64,000 bases of DNA from the NCBI GenBank assembly GCA_008632985.1, contig QPGO01000143.1, positions 124,001 through 188,000 of the forward strand, written 5' to 3'. Below, in pieces: positions 1-11,903 of this stretch. Numbering within the stretch: the stretch's first letter is position 1; every line of letters starts with the position of its first letter. Position numbers and translations under genes: made by a program. Under the pieces are notes generated by a model that had not been told where the DNA came from, did no database searches, and saw only the letters and a list, made by a program, of their open reading frames with translations. This DNA comes from Psammoneis japonica (Eukaryota).

Positions 1-2
1 GG

Positions 3-353
3 CCTTCACTATGTGTGAATCAAAATACCGTCGATCAGATAGCATTTCAATTGATTTCCCAAGAAGTTGATATTCATATACGGACTGATGGACAGACTCA
101 TTATAATTATTTTTGGTACTGTCCTACACAATTTCTACGTGATGACTCTGAGGACCCGAATGATTCCTATTGGAATGGTTTAAAGTCGTGGACGGTTTCT
201 CCACCAGATAGCAGCCGCTGGTCGGTTGGAGTCATTCCCACTGTGGCGTATGAGCATCTCCCCAATGCCACTACGCGACGTCACAACTATGATGATGGTA
301 GCGAACCCAAAGGATACGAAGAACCCAATTCTTACCTCGATTTCGGGTACTAA
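3..353 (+). CDS. 3' part of a hypothetical protein (truncated by window start)
   Basis: Frame open from position 3 to the stop at 353; normal composition with many Tyr/Trp; no recognised motif. Confidence 0.45.
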   Translation, partial: PSLCVNQNTVDQIAFQLISQEVDIHIRTDGQTHYNYFWYCPTQFLRDDSEDPNDSYWNGLKSWTVSPPDSSRWSVGVIPTVAYEHLPNATTRRHNYDDGSEPKGYEEPNSYLDFGY

Positions 354-643
354 TAAAGTTTCAGTCTATATGTCATTTTTCCCACCATAATGTGGACTGA
401 TAGGATTCTAATATATCTGGTAGATGTTGTTGCCTTGCAGAGGAGACGTACACGGTTTGTCATGTTTCGTTTACTCATTCTTAGCAGCGTCTGTCGTGAA
501 CACTACACAGAAGTCGTAGTCGCGAGAAGCCTGTAATTCCTCCCACCTGCAGCGAGTGGTTATACTGCAATAGGTTATGCGAATATAATCCTCGCATTGT
601 TTTCCAGTTTAGAATGTCGTTGAGTTTCTGTTGTGTGGATCGT

Positions 644-2486
644 TCACCACAAAAAGTCAACCAAGGACGGGCCACGAGAAGAATCCCCTCCACCAAGCAA
701 CGTTTTCGCCAGAGAAACGATTTCCTTTCCAAACGCCACATGAGGCTCATCAGCCGACTGTGGAATGATACCTTTGCTCAAAGGACGTCCCATGATTGAA
801 TTGGCAGCTTCCATGCCTGTCACATATGCCTTTTCCTGACTCCATGTATCCCGGCGACGCACAATGTCACCTACAAAGTAGACGTTCTTCACTTGATTGG
901 ATTTCAAGTCCGGCATGTGAGAATACGAGCCTGGATAATACCAGTTTACAGCGTTTGGAAGTCGAACTACCGCGGCATCTACTACAGAGGCGGATTTGCA
1001 TTCGCTTCCCAGCATTGTGTCGAGATCGTCCTTTACTTTGGCCACGATAGATTCGTCGTCCATCACCAAGAGATTTGAAGCATGGTAGAAATCCACCTCC
1101 AATACAGAGCCGGGGGCGTCCGCAACAGTTTCGCCATCAAGTCCATGAATTGTGGAAATGTCAAACATTGTCATTCCAACATCGCTGTCAAATCCCCAAC
1201 ACGCATTGGCCGAGTACGGAACGTCAATGGTACGATCTAGAAAGATTCGAGTCGCCAAGACGCTTGTTCCACGCAGATTGGCAAATCTTCGAAACTCAGA
1301 GTACTTTGACAAGTCAGGACTATAACGAACCATTGCATTCAGAGCTTCACCTCCCACTGCAAACACAACCGTATCTGCCTCCAAGTTCATTTCAGTCCCG
1401 TCGCTTGTTTTACATTTGATTCCAGACATGATATTGTCGTCTCCAATATCGAACCCAACCACACGAGTCGAGGTTTGAAACTTCACTCCATTGTCCTTCA
1501 TGACTTCTACCCACGGATCAAATATGGCAGATCCAATGTTTCCCTTACACCACTGAACGTCAAACGACTGCTGACTCGCCAGCACAAAAAAGTACGCCAT
1601 TCCCAGAGCCGCCGCGGCACTGCATTCCGCGCCGGGAGCAAACAATCCGGTCAAAATCATGGGTTCAAAGGCTTCTTGGTAGCATTTTCTGGAAACACCC
1701 AAGCGAATGCACAAGTCTCGAAAGGAAACGCGGTCGTATTTTTCCCACGCCTCGTGGCTATTGTCAAACTCGGAAAAGGCCAGCACCAAGGGCAAGGCGG
1801 TCGCTCGGTCGAGTAAACTCAGGTTTGTAAATTTCGTGTATACGGCTTGTGCCAATCCTGTCGGCAGCTTGACAGCTTGGTCTTGATACACGGGCCAGAC
1901 TGCTTCCAACCCGTTTGGTGAGTACTGTCCTTGTTCCGCAAAATCCGTCAACACGTCGTCCTTGTTAAGATTGGGCAAATCTTCCATTAATTTATAAATG
2001 TTGTAATAATTGTTCCAAAATCCATGTTGTCCAGCTTCGGCTGGTCGATTCCCCGACATGGATGTAAAGCCATCTCGAACCAAGCCCTAGACAAATGACG
2101 ACGAAGAACAAGAAAAATGAGTCATGTATCAGTTAATCCAATGAAAACAACATATCCAACGAATGTCACACATGATGATTTCGGCTTACCCCGACTCTTG
2201 GGGATGCTTCCACTACCGTCACATCCATGCTTTCATCCTTGGACAAGACATGTGCAGCTGAAAGTCCACCCCAGCCTGCACCAATGACGACAACTCGTTG
2301 TTTCTTTTCCGTGCCTTGTTGTTCCTCTTGGCCACTGGTGGAAAACAGTCTCGTCGTGGTGAAGCTATCCTTTAATCTGTTTTCATTATTACTGGTGTTG
2401 ATAGATCCATGACTTATCAAAAATCCATTAGTGCTTTTTGTAGCGAACACTAGCAGGACTGCGCTGAACCGTCTCAAAACGACCAT
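644..2486 (-). CDS. Flavin-containing amine oxidoreductase / carotenoid desaturase-like protein, probably plastid-targeted; 2 exons (2486-2190, 2086-644)
   Basis: FAD-binding VVVIGAGWGGLSAA...VVEAS; GTAAG...CTAG intron 2189-2087 joins RVG|GLVRDG in frame; GQHGFW and C-terminal YFVGD...SQEKAYVTG motifs; N-terminal signal-like peptide. Confidence 0.85.
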
Positions 2487-3074
2487 GGTCTTTTCGTATT
2501 GTGCACAACCGCAAAAAAGTGAGCAGTGACGTGTTGTTCTTCCCTCCGACGCTGGTACAAATTTCACGTAGAAAACTACGGAGGAATCTGACTCACATAT
2601 TTTGTGTTTAGGCGTTTGTACTCATTCTGCTTCGAAAAAGGGCACGCTGCCTGGTGCCGCAAAAACATTTACCGGATCTATCTGTATCTCGAGAGCTAGA
2701 CTATACAACTAATCTTTTCACCTAGACGTACGAGGAACTGATAGGAGCAACAAATCAAATCTCGCTTGGACTGCTGCAACATAAAATTTGTTATTTAGTA
2801 GGGTCGAAAGATGTGGCAAGGCGCCAGCGACACATGAGCGACACTTCTGTCGGAACAAATCGAAAGAGAGATTTGCGCCTTGCGAAGGTGGGAATAAACG
2901 CCGTTGAGAGATAACAGCAATAGAATGCAACATTGATTTTGATGAGAAAAGCTACTATACATTATATGCTATTGTCAGAGAGAAAGGCTAAATGATTGTT
3001 CCACACAATCAAGGATTCCCTCTCGTCATTTCATTGGAAAACACAACGTGATCCAGGTCTAACCCGAATCATCG

Positions 3075-5564
3075 TTAGTTCTCCTTCTTGCTATTCTTCA
3101 AAGGCGTCAAGGGTGCTACCCACTGCCAAACGTCTTGTTGGCTCCCGTCTTCACCAATTTGCGTGAAAATGTGAATACGATGGTCTCGTTTAGTTTCCAC
3201 CACAACCTGCCTCCAAATCGTATTCATGACGTAGCGGCGCTCCTTCCTGGACCGAGGATACAATTCGTTTGCCACCACGTCACGCAACATCAACACAACT
3301 GTGGGTCTACCTTGTTCTTGTAGCCTGGTGTGGGCCAAGTCACGGACCCTATCGACTTCGTTGCGAAACTTCCCATGGCGGATCCGAGCCATTCCAACGT
3401 GAAGAACCAACATGACAAACGCAACAACTGATACTGCAATGAGTGGATCCTTCACTGCCCAGTCGAAAAGAACTTTCGCCAAACTACAGATGCCGCTCCA
3501 ACCGATCATACCCGAGTCCTTTGCAAAGTGCAAAATTTTGCACGAAAGAGGAACTTTCAAATCCTTGGCTATAGTTCCGCGAGTCAATCCAATCAGTTGG
3601 AGTTCGGTATCGAGTTTAAACAAAGAGTGGTTCAAAGCTAGAAGCGGCGAGTCCAAGTCAATATCAACCCGCTTTTGGATATCTCGCATGGCAAACAACA
3701 GAACCTTGTTTTTATCGACTTTGGCTGGTGAAAGTGGACACTTCTTCATGGGGAGCTGGCACCCCAAGTCACAGGTGTATTGCACGGTGAGATTCATCAA
3801 GGTATCCTTAATGGTAGAGAGTGTGGCGACCGCATCACTGTTCAGGTTGCACTTGGTACCCCAAGGGTCAGGCTCCATGAATTGGCTATCCTGGCAGCGG
3901 AGAAGAAAGCCGTTGCTACAGATTCCGCCCTCTGGACATGGGACTCGTTCCTTGTCGCGACCGGGAACACAAGCATCGATTCCTTTATCCAAAAGCCATG
4001 GTGGCGTTTCAATGCTTGGGTCCTCGTATCCGGGAGTAGGCTCAAAGCATGGAGGTGCATTCTTACTCAAGGAAGCGCGGGTGGAGGACTCGTTGCCTAC
4101 AAGAAGGTCGTATGCTACAAGAAGACAAACAACGGCCATCGTATAAAGCGCCACATTCCAAAACGCCTTAATCCTTCGCTTGAGCGGTAACGCTTTGCCT
4201 TCTTCGAGTTCTTCCTCGTCTTCGCTCACGACCGAGTGCTGGCGATAAGTTGCTTCCACGCTGTTATCGGCTGCTTGTGGGAGCGGGTTCTGGAGACGGT
4301 CTTGCTGAACCTGGTTCTCAAAACGCATCTGAGCCTCACGGGCTTCCCGTTCCTGCTGCTTAATTCGCTCTGCGATGGCTGCTGTGGATACTGCCTGCTG
4401 ATATGTGCATGCGTGATCACCAAACATCATTGCATGAGGAGGTGAGTGTAGTATACCTCCATAGGGAGCCTCTGGATTGTGCAAAAGAGTAGGAGAATTC
4501 ACAGGGGCTTGGTAATATGCAGCAGCTGGATGCTGTACAGGTGGCTGCCAAACATCGGGACGGACAGGCTCTCCAGTAGCGGCGGCTGGAGGATTGAAAA
4601 GGGATTGCCCGTCGGCACCGCGAGCCTCTCTTGTCGTGGCGGCTGGAGGAGATAAGAGGGATGGCCCAGTGGAATTGAAACCCGCAGTGGGAGCAGTTGG
4701 CACTTGAAGCCCAGCAGCCCTTGCCTCTTGGTTGAAACCGGCAACATCGTCGCGGGTCTTTCGCGGTCTCCTCCTCTTGACGGTAGAAGAAGACTTGGCC
4801 TTTTTCGCTACAGGTTGAACAGTGTTCTTAAAGATATTCTGTCCCTCGGCAAGCTCTTGTTGAAAGATACTGTTCTGCCGCTCGCTGTTCTGCTCTGTCG
4901 TACTATCCTCGTCGTCTTCCTCCTCTTCTTCGCTCATGATAACATCCCCATCATTGACTCGTGCAGTGCTCTTTCTCTTCTTTGCCCACTCTTCAGTACG
5001 AGCCTGTGCCTCGGCACGCTGTTCCTTCTTCGATTTCTTCGCCTTGACGAACTCCTCCTCGACTTGCTCTTCTTCAGACACGTCGCTGTTCTGCTGCTCG
5101 GTCATTTCCTCGTCGTCGTCTTCCTCCTCCACTTCGCTCATGATGACATCCTCGTCCTTGCCTTGTGTAGTACTCTGTCGCTTCGCGGCCCACTCCTTAG
5201 CACGAGCCTGTGCCTCGGCAAGCTGTTCCTTCTTCGATTTCTTCACCTTGTTGTTGGACGAGGTGGACGTGGGCGTCTTCGTCGCGGTAGTACTAGCCGG
5301 TAGAGACTTTTGGGTAGAACGTGAAGGAGTACTTCTTGTACTGGCCCGTATCGTCGTCGTCGTAGTCTTTCGAGTGGGCGTGGTACGGCGACGCTTTGTA
5401 GGACGACTCGCTTCAGGCGGAGACGACGTTTTTCCTTTTGCAAAATCAGCAGCGACCCGGTCCTGTATCGCTTTCTTCTGTGCCGCTGTCATTTTCTTTT
5501 TCGTCTTGTCGGCGGTGGTAGACGACGACTCCGTGATAGAGTGACTCTTGCGTTTGGGTGGCAT
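3075..5564 (-). CDS. Man1/Src1 (MSC)-like inner nuclear membrane protein
   Basis: Basic/acidic disordered N-terminus (MPPKRK...), two hydrophobic TM segments flanking a Cys-rich luminal region (CPEGGIC), C-terminal domain ending VWQW. Confidence 0.65.
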   Translation of the reverse strand: MPPKRKSHSITESSSTTADKTKKKMTAAQKKAIQDRVAADFAKGKTSSPPEASRPTKRRRTTPTRKTTTTTIRASTRSTPSRSTQKSLPASTTATKTPTSTSSNNKVKKSKKEQLAEAQARAKEWAAKRQSTTQGKDEDVIMSEVEEEDDDEEMTEQQNSDVSEEEQVEEEFVKAKKSKKEQRAEAQARTEEWAKKRKSTARVNDGDVIMSEEEEEDDEDSTTEQNSERQNSIFQQELAEGQNIFKNTVQPVAKKAKSSSTVKRRRPRKTRDDVAGFNQEARAAGLQVPTAPTAGFNSTGPSLLSPPAATTREARGADGQSLFNPPAAATGEPVRPDVWQPPVQHPAAAYYQAPVNSPTLLHNPEAPYGGILHSPPHAMMFGDHACTYQQAVSTAAIAERIKQQEREAREAQMRFENQVQQDRLQNPLPQAADNSVEATYRQHSVVSEDEEELEEGKALPLKRRIKAFWNVALYTMAVVCLLVAYDLLVGNESSTRASLSKNAPPCFEPTPGYEDPSIETPPWLLDKGIDACVPGRDKERVPCPEGGICSNGFLLRCQDSQFMEPDPWGTKCNLNSDAVATLSTIKDTLMNLTVQYTCDLGCQLPMKKCPLSPAKVDKNKVLLFAMRDIQKRVDIDLDSPLLALNHSLFKLDTELQLIGLTRGTIAKDLKVPLSCKILHFAKDSGMIGWSGICSLAKVLFDWAVKDPLIAVSVVAFVMLVLHVGMARIRHGKFRNEVDRVRDLAHTRLQEQGRPTVVLMLRDVVANELYPRSRKERRYVMNTIWRQVVVETKRDHRIHIFTQIGEDGSQQDVWQWVAPLTPLKNSKKEN
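4885..5244 (-). repeat. Intragenic tandem duplication (two ~52-aa units)
   Basis: KKSKKEQLAEAQARAKEWAAKR...DVIMSEVEEEDD and KKSKKEQRAEAQARTEEWAKKR...DVIMSEEEEEDD. Confidence 0.85.
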
Positions 5565-5949
5565 GGTGGTGAACGTCAATAGCAATAATAGCAACAGCAA
5601 CAACAACAGACTCGAGCGGTGTAACAACAACAACAACAAAAGTCGATTGTGATTGTTGTGATGCGTGCGGGTCTGTCAGATTTTTGCAAAATCCAACGAT
5701 CACTTTCATCTACGGTTTGTGTGGTATCGTTCAAACGTACGTAGCTTTTGTACCAAGTTCTATGTAAATTTTCGAATTGAATCATGTGCACGACTCAACC
5801 GTCACCATTGATTCAATCGACTCAATCCCGAATCCTCTTCCCTGACGGCACACGGACGGTGGACGGTGGGGTCATTTTTTTCATCATTGACCACTCTACT
5901 CATTCAGTGGTGTGAAAAAGTGGGCATTATGTTGTAGTTGCTGTAATGC

Positions 5950-6960
5950 AGTGATGCGAGTAAGGGTGGTTGTCGCGCACAAGTTTCGTCTTCTGCGCTG
6001 CTCACGAAATTTGAACAGCGCTGTGGCCAGCGCACAGGTGGCAGGTTTTCATTGTCTTGTCGGCTTGATGGCGTCAATGTTGTCTCAAGACAGGTGGCAA
6101 ATGTTCAGTCTTGACAGGTGGAGTCTGACTGAGTTGTGTTCCCTCAGTGTCTGTGAGGAGGGGACAACAGACCCAGGCCATCCTCTCCCACTGGGAACAC
6201 CGTGCTGGATGGGGAGAGCTGATCTCTGTGGGGTGCAGTGGAGCGAGATCTCCCAAGGCAATGATGTGTGTTGCCCACACTGTTGTGATGCTCATCCTTA
6301 CATTGACATGACTGAATGCTCCCAAGTGTGGTTTTTGCCACTTGTTGGCTGGTTTCGACAATTTTTTGTGAAGCATCGTCTTGGCTTCTTTGCCAAACAG
6401 CTGCACGACGATTTGCAACGAAAGGAGCAAAATGACGGTGTTGCTCAAGACAGGGCTTGAGATGCTTGCATTTTTCTCATGTTTGTGGTCTGCCAGGACT
6501 TGTGCCGGCATCAGGAACACTGACATCTGACACCATGTCTGGCCTTCCATCCCAAAATCTCAGCAGCATGGGCCAGAAGATCTCCGTGGTCACCTTCCTT
6601 GGACTTGTTGGAGTTTGTGTTGCCTGGGGAACTGTTGGAGTTGCTTGTGCTTCCCAAGATGCAACCAATGGGGTTGATGAGAGGTTTGTCACATGTGCAA
6701 GAAGGCTTGCAAGCATCTCCAATTAGGTTGCCTGGGCCACCACACACTTCATCATGCCGTGAGATGACTGGGCCACCCTTTTTGCACTGAAGGGCGTTGT
6801 CAATGGAGAATTTGCAGCCGCATCCATCGCAGCACTCGTGGAGGTCCAGTGGAGTGCAGCCACACGGCAAAAAGAGCGTGTCACGGAACTCTTGGCATGA
6901 GAGTTCTGTGCCATTCATTGTCAATGGCTGGCTGCAGCACTTGCTGCTTCAGACAGAAAT
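5950..6960 (-). mobile_element. Degenerate 3' fragment of an RLE-type (CRE-like) non-LTR retrotransposon, TpA-depleted
   Basis: Frameshifted ORFs give GTELSCQEFRD...CDGCGCKFSIDNALQCKKGGPVISRHDEV (zinc knuckle region), GDLL...FW...DV (restriction-like endonuclease) and KEAKT...KWQKP...RMSI; very few TA dinucleotides. Confidence 0.75.
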
Positions 6961-7157
6961 GAAAAACTGTGGTTGACAAACAAAGGGGGTGGACAAAGAC
7001 AACAGGATAGATTGCACCATCAATTGCTCACATATCCCTTCATTGAGCTTGTTGGCGACAGTTTGAATTTGAGGTTGCTCGTTGATGATTCGGTTCATTA
7101 GATGCCAACGCTATGGTAAAAAGGAAACATGCAATAATAAAGATACATATGAGCTAT

Positions 7158-8429
7158 CTAGATTCGGATAGTGCTTGGATCGGCAATAATCTCTTCCAAG
7201 TAAAGCTCCAACTCAATGGTGTCATCGTAGTAGTAAGGAATTTCGCTCTGCAAGACTTCAATCGTTCCGTTAAAAACACGAAGCGGGTCCTCGATTTCGT
7301 CGTCACCCAGAATAAGGAACAAGGGATTAAAGTCTTCAGCTGCCTCATCCCAGTCGGCAGGAGGAACGGTCGATTGAAGCTTACGACGACGACGACGATC
7401 GGGAAGGTCGAGGCCTTCCTTGAGCCTTTTGATAACTTCTGCCTTTTGTGCATCGGTGAGTCTGTATCCAGGATTCAATATCCCAGAATTGATGTTTCGA
7501 ATAACTTTTGCAATCTTGTCCGACAGATTCCTGTTAACGGGCCCATCGATCTTGATATTCCATGGAGCGCACATGTACCGGCAAAAGTCATAGCCAAAGT
7601 TCGTTCCTTCGATTTTATTGGCTGCAATGAGTTGAGGCTGAGCTCCTCCACGCTTGTGCGACCACGTGTCATCATCGTTCTTGCGATACCAATGCATGTC
7701 TGGCGTTTTCGCGGCGGTCTTTTTTCGAAAGGCCAAAGCGACAAGACAATACTCTTGGTCGTCGTTGGGACAGTTTTGACCTTTCTTCCCATTTGTCGTA
7801 TCGACAATTTTATCCAACCTTGCCAGCTTTTCTAGCGCGTCGCAGTCAAACTTCATGTCGGTAATAATCTTGAAACTCTCTGCAGGCTTCGCCTTGTACC
7901 CCGGCCACCCGTCTTCGTCGATCGCGTTGTTGACCGCATAGTTGTAGCAGTTGTTGTCGAGTTGCTTGTTGGCTAATCCTGACCAACTGTTGCGACCTTG
8001 CTTGCTGTTGTCATTAATATCATCTGGGCAATCACATTCCTGTTGTTCGGCATTTGAAGTGGGTTCAGCACTCGGAAATGACGAAGGCGCCGAGGGAGCA
8101 GCGGTGCCAGAGACACAACACTCGATGGAAGTGTCAAAGTACGTCCCCTGGCCGCAGCAATCATGTTCACAGCACGGACGTTCCTCACAACCAAACTCAT
8201 AGTCCGGTGGAAAGGTGCCATCCCAACCATCACTACTCGGGTCATAGTCACAGATCTGACCATCCCACCGGGTCCCATTTCCACAACAATCGTACGCGCA
8301 ACAACCAACCTTTGGGCATATTTCTCCAGAAGACGGGTCAAGCCAAACTGGATACGAAGTAACACCTCGCAATAACACCAAAGGTGCTACGCAAAGCAAA
8401 ATGGACAAACCAGCAAAGGATAGCTTCAT
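7158..8429 (-). CDS. Secreted Cys-rich protein with a putative papain-like NNCYNYA / HWYR / WSHK domain
   Basis: Signal peptide, two CC-x3-CCG-x-GT repeats, PS/PT linker, then NNCYNYA...DMHWYRKNDDDTWSHKRG. Confidence 0.7.
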   Translation of the reverse strand: MKLSFAGLSILLCVAPLVLLRGVTSYPVWLDPSSGEICPKVGCCAYDCCGNGTRWDGQICDYDPSSDGWDGTFPPDYEFGCEERPCCEHDCCGQGTYFDTSIECCVSGTAAPSAPSSFPSAEPTSNAEQQECDCPDDINDNSKQGRNSWSGLANKQLDNNCYNYAVNNAIDEDGWPGYKAKPAESFKIITDMKFDCDALEKLARLDKIVDTTNGKKGQNCPNDDQEYCLVALAFRKKTAAKTPDMHWYRKNDDDTWSHKRGGAQPQLIAANKIEGTNFGYDFCRYMCAPWNIKIDGPVNRNLSDKIAKVIRNINSGILNPGYRLTDAQKAEVIKRLKEGLDLPDRRRRRKLQSTVPPADWDEAAEDFNPLFLILGDDEIEDPLRVFNGTIEVLQSEIPYYYDDTIELELYLEEIIADPSTIRI

Positions 8430-8785
8430 TGGCGGTTCAAAACACTTATATCTCCCCCAAATGATGCCTGGTTTGGTGCCGCGCTCCCTTTTGCGATTTG
8501 TTCTTTTGCGTTATTTGGTCATCCGTTCAACGGACGCAACGCATCGGCTTTCGCATTCAAACAAGATTCAAGTTGACTTTGCTGATTGCGGAACACGACT
8601 AAACATTTAGAGTCGGTGGAGCGCGTCTTTGAAGATACTTTTCGCGCGACGACGGTTTCTGCCGCCAACGTTCAACATGACCGAACACCATGACATTCAA
8701 CATGCGACAACAACAGTTGACAACACAGTCATTGGAAACACGCATCACCGCTCTCCCTGCTGCTTCGCTCTGCGACTCAGCAATA

Positions 8786-9870
8786 ATGCCGACGATATCA
8801 TGGTGTCAGCTAAACTCTCTTTTGGGTATCTGCATCCTACAATGGGCGTTGTTTTCATACCTCTTAGTTTCAAGTGGTCATCACGCCGAAACAACAACGC
8901 TGCTTTTTCAAGATGTTCGAGACAGTTTCTTCATGGCGGATCGCAATAAGAATTGTCCTTGTGACGACTCCAACACTGCATTAATGAATACAGAAAATAC
9001 AAACCAACAACAACATAATGATTGGCAGGGCGTCGCGGTGGGACTCATGTTGAAGCGCCCCAAGTGGTTTTATCGTCGCTATCACGTCATGATCAACACG
9101 GTCCTCATGACCATTCCTGATAATTGGGGAGTTCAATTGCTCGTTGCCGACAAGTGGTTTCATGACGATTTTTGGAATTCCATGTCGGATTAAAGCGAAT
9201 GATTGTCAATAACAACAAGAATCATCGCATTCGAGTAACGATTTTGCCCGCAAATTTGGAATCGAAAAAGCCCAAACAGCTGTTGAAGGAAGCGTGGGTA
9301 TGGGAAAACATGGAGGCGGATCGCGTCATTATGTTTCATGGAGGTGGAACCATGTGTGCCAATTCCAAAGTGACGGTGGATGACTTTGGTCATTTGGATT
9401 ACGTGGGTGTGCCCTGGCACATGATGGGTGGTCTCGGTGGAGCAGGAACCGAATACAGCATCCGATCTCGAAAGGCAATGCTGGCAGCCTTGCGACATAC
9501 ACCGCCACCCGAAAACCAAGCCGAAGATGTCTACTTTATCTCGACCTTGCGTCAAATCAACAAGGAAAACGAGTCTACTACTACTTTTGCAATCGCTTCA
9601 CCCAATGAAACACAATTGTTTGCAGGAATTGACGATTTGCACGTCAACAAGGACCTCAAGCCAGACGTGACGGACGATTCGTGGGGTCCACTGCTGGTGG
9701 TGGGGACTCATGGAGACGTTTCCGATGGGGTTCGAACGTGGATTATAGGAAAGTGTCCCGAAATCAAAATGATTTATCCCAGTTTGCACAATCCCCATTG
9801 CTTTGGAGCAAGTCCGAATCAAACGGGGTGTGTAGAGAGTCTCTTTTCCAACATGATGAACGGAGCTTGA
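8786..9870 (+). CDS. DUF5672-like (glycosyltransferase-related) membrane protein, one frameshift near 9170
   Basis: N-terminal TM; DYVGVPW...GG...SIRSRKAML...EDVYF motifs; ORFs 8690-9193 and 9172-9870 join if one T is added to the T-run at 9169-9173. Confidence 0.6.
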
Positions 9871-9973
9871 TAGATTTGAAAACAGATTTATAAATAGCAA
9901 TGTAATTGTATGAATTAACGTAAATGCCCAAGCTTCTTTGCGTGCTTGCGTCTTTATAAAATGTGTCCCGTTG

Positions 9974-11173
9974 TTACAGCTTTTCTTCCTTTTTGCCAAA
10001 ACTTAGCCTCCTCTTTATGAAACGCGCCGCAGTCTCGGCTTTTTCCTCTGCCCGTTGCGTATACAGATTTGTCACGGTTTGTCTACGCTTGTTTCGTGCT
10101 CGATTTGCTTCTCGTACCGCCACGGCCAGGTCTTGGCGAGAGTAGCCCAGCTCGCGCAACAACTCTTCACGATGAAATCTCGAAAGAATGGGAACCGACG
10201 GAAAACGGGTTTCGAGTCGATGGTCTTCAAACTCGTCAATGGTAGTCATCAGGGTGTCTTGGCCGTCATAACGCCAACCAATTCCAATGGACGGTCCACT
10301 CGTGCAGGATGGATTATCCGAAAGAATACGTTCATACTCTCGCACCTCCACTGTACTAAAGGAAACATTGTGCTTTTCCTTCTTTTTCGTTTTGGCCTTT
10401 TTCTTTTTTTGTCGTTTTGATTTTCGTTCCTTGCGTTCCTCTGCCGATTGCATCGATACCGACTGGCCCGGAGAACTCTTGTCGTCGTGAGAGCTTGTTG
10501 TAATAATGGTAACCACCTCCAAAACAGCACTCGTGAGCTGTGCCAACGTTTCGTCGTCAATGTTGGTGGGCAAGTTGTTTCGTATACTGGTAGTGAGAAC
10601 GTCTTGATGGGACGAATCTGATTTTTCTTTTCTTGATGGTTTCTTTTTCTTTTTCTTTTCGTCCGAGGGTCGCTTTTTCTTCTTTTTCTTCTTTGCCTCT
10701 AGTTGCTCCAGTCGATGATAATAGCTTTCGGGTGTCCGTATGGTCTCCGAGTCATCATCTTCCAGAAGAATGGTACTACCCGTGTCTTGGTCTTTTTTGA
10801 ACACTTTCCACGTACCACCATCAAGACTGAGATCGCCAGTCACACTTGCAAGCTCTGCGAGTGACGACTCATCCTCCGTGTTGTAATCGTTGTAAGCTCC
10901 AGAGTTTAGTTCTTGTGAATATTCCTGAAGAGCAATGGCTGCTAACCGTGACTTTTCAGGTCGGAGATTGGGGTACATGGATTGAGACTGATCATGTTGT
11001 AAAGCATCTTGTGCAACAACAGCAGGCCCTTCTTCTGCTACTTTTTCCAGCTTGCGTCGTGATGAGCGATGATGTGACGACACGAGGCTCTTGCTGCTTT
11101 TTTCTTTCTGCAACTCGCTAGAAAAGCTCAAGGCCGACACATCGTCTTCCCAATCGGACAAGTCATCTGGCAA
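9974..11173 (-). CDS. Hypothetical protein with VxF..VEVREY..LSDNP..GPSIGIGW domain (5' end uncertain)
   Basis: 399-aa ORF; C-terminal motif of a family common in diatoms; Lys-rich NLS-like runs. Confidence 0.65.
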   Translation of the reverse strand: MPDDLSDWEDDVSALSFSSELQKEKSSKSLVSSHHRSSRRKLEKVAEEGPAVVAQDALQHDQSQSMYPNLRPEKSRLAAIALQEYSQELNSGAYNDYNTEDESSLAELASVTGDLSLDGGTWKVFKKDQDTGSTILLEDDDSETIRTPESYYHRLEQLEAKKKKKKKRPSDEKKKKKKPSRKEKSDSSHQDVLTTSIRNNLPTNIDDETLAQLTSAVLEVVTIITTSSHDDKSSPGQSVSMQSAEERKERKSKRQKKKKAKTKKKEKHNVSFSTVEVREYERILSDNPSCTSGPSIGIGWRYDGQDTLMTTIDEFEDHRLETRFPSVPILSRFHREELLRELGYSRQDLAVAVREANRARNKRRQTVTNLYTQRAEEKAETAARFIKRRLSFGKKEEKL

Positions 11174-11738
11174 TACGGCGGGTGGTGGAATGACAATCTC
11201 ATGATCTTTAGAGTCTCCTCTTTGGCTGCAAGGCTTAAAATGTTAAAGTTGTTGTTGGGGTGCTTGACAGCCACGCCACGTTTGCCTCCGACACCACCGG
11301 GTCGCAACGTGCTGGAGAAGCCTCTTTTGGTACTTCTGGAGGGATTCAACTTGCCAACGTGATCTTCGCCGTATTTACCCGCTCTATAAGAACCATTGTT
11401 GAACGACATGGTGTCTATGTAAGGTTTCACAACTTGCACCAACCAAAAACCGAAACCACCTGAAACCACCTCAAACCAATCGTTCTTTCTGTTTTCTTGG
11501 TAACTTTTGGCGTCTTGTCTACCCACATTTTTTGATATGCCCTACAAATTACATAAAGACCAAATTTTAATCAATGTTAGTATTTATGAAGGACATATTT
11601 CAAACTCAATTAAGGAAGAGATCGTGTCAATTGTCGATGCGGTCATACAGATATGACTTATGAAAAATTCGAATAGGGTACCTAGTCGTAATGACCTTTC
11701 TCAGTGAAAATGACCGGCAATTATCACGGCGACCACTT

Positions 11739-11903
11739 TGCAGCAGCTCACTCGCACGCTTCTGACATATAGTATTAATTTTGGATATTAGATTAACGTA
11801 GCCGTTTGAGAGAGGCTCGCCAGCGTTCGCCAACGCTTAGGCTCCCCTCTCTTCGGTCTACTCACTTCTTAGTTTTGACATCAGTTTTCAGCTTGAGCTT
11901 GCA
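11739..11903 (+). repeat. 5' LTR
   Basis: Direct repeat of 17008-17172; 9 mismatches, no indels by manual alignment. Confidence 0.95.
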
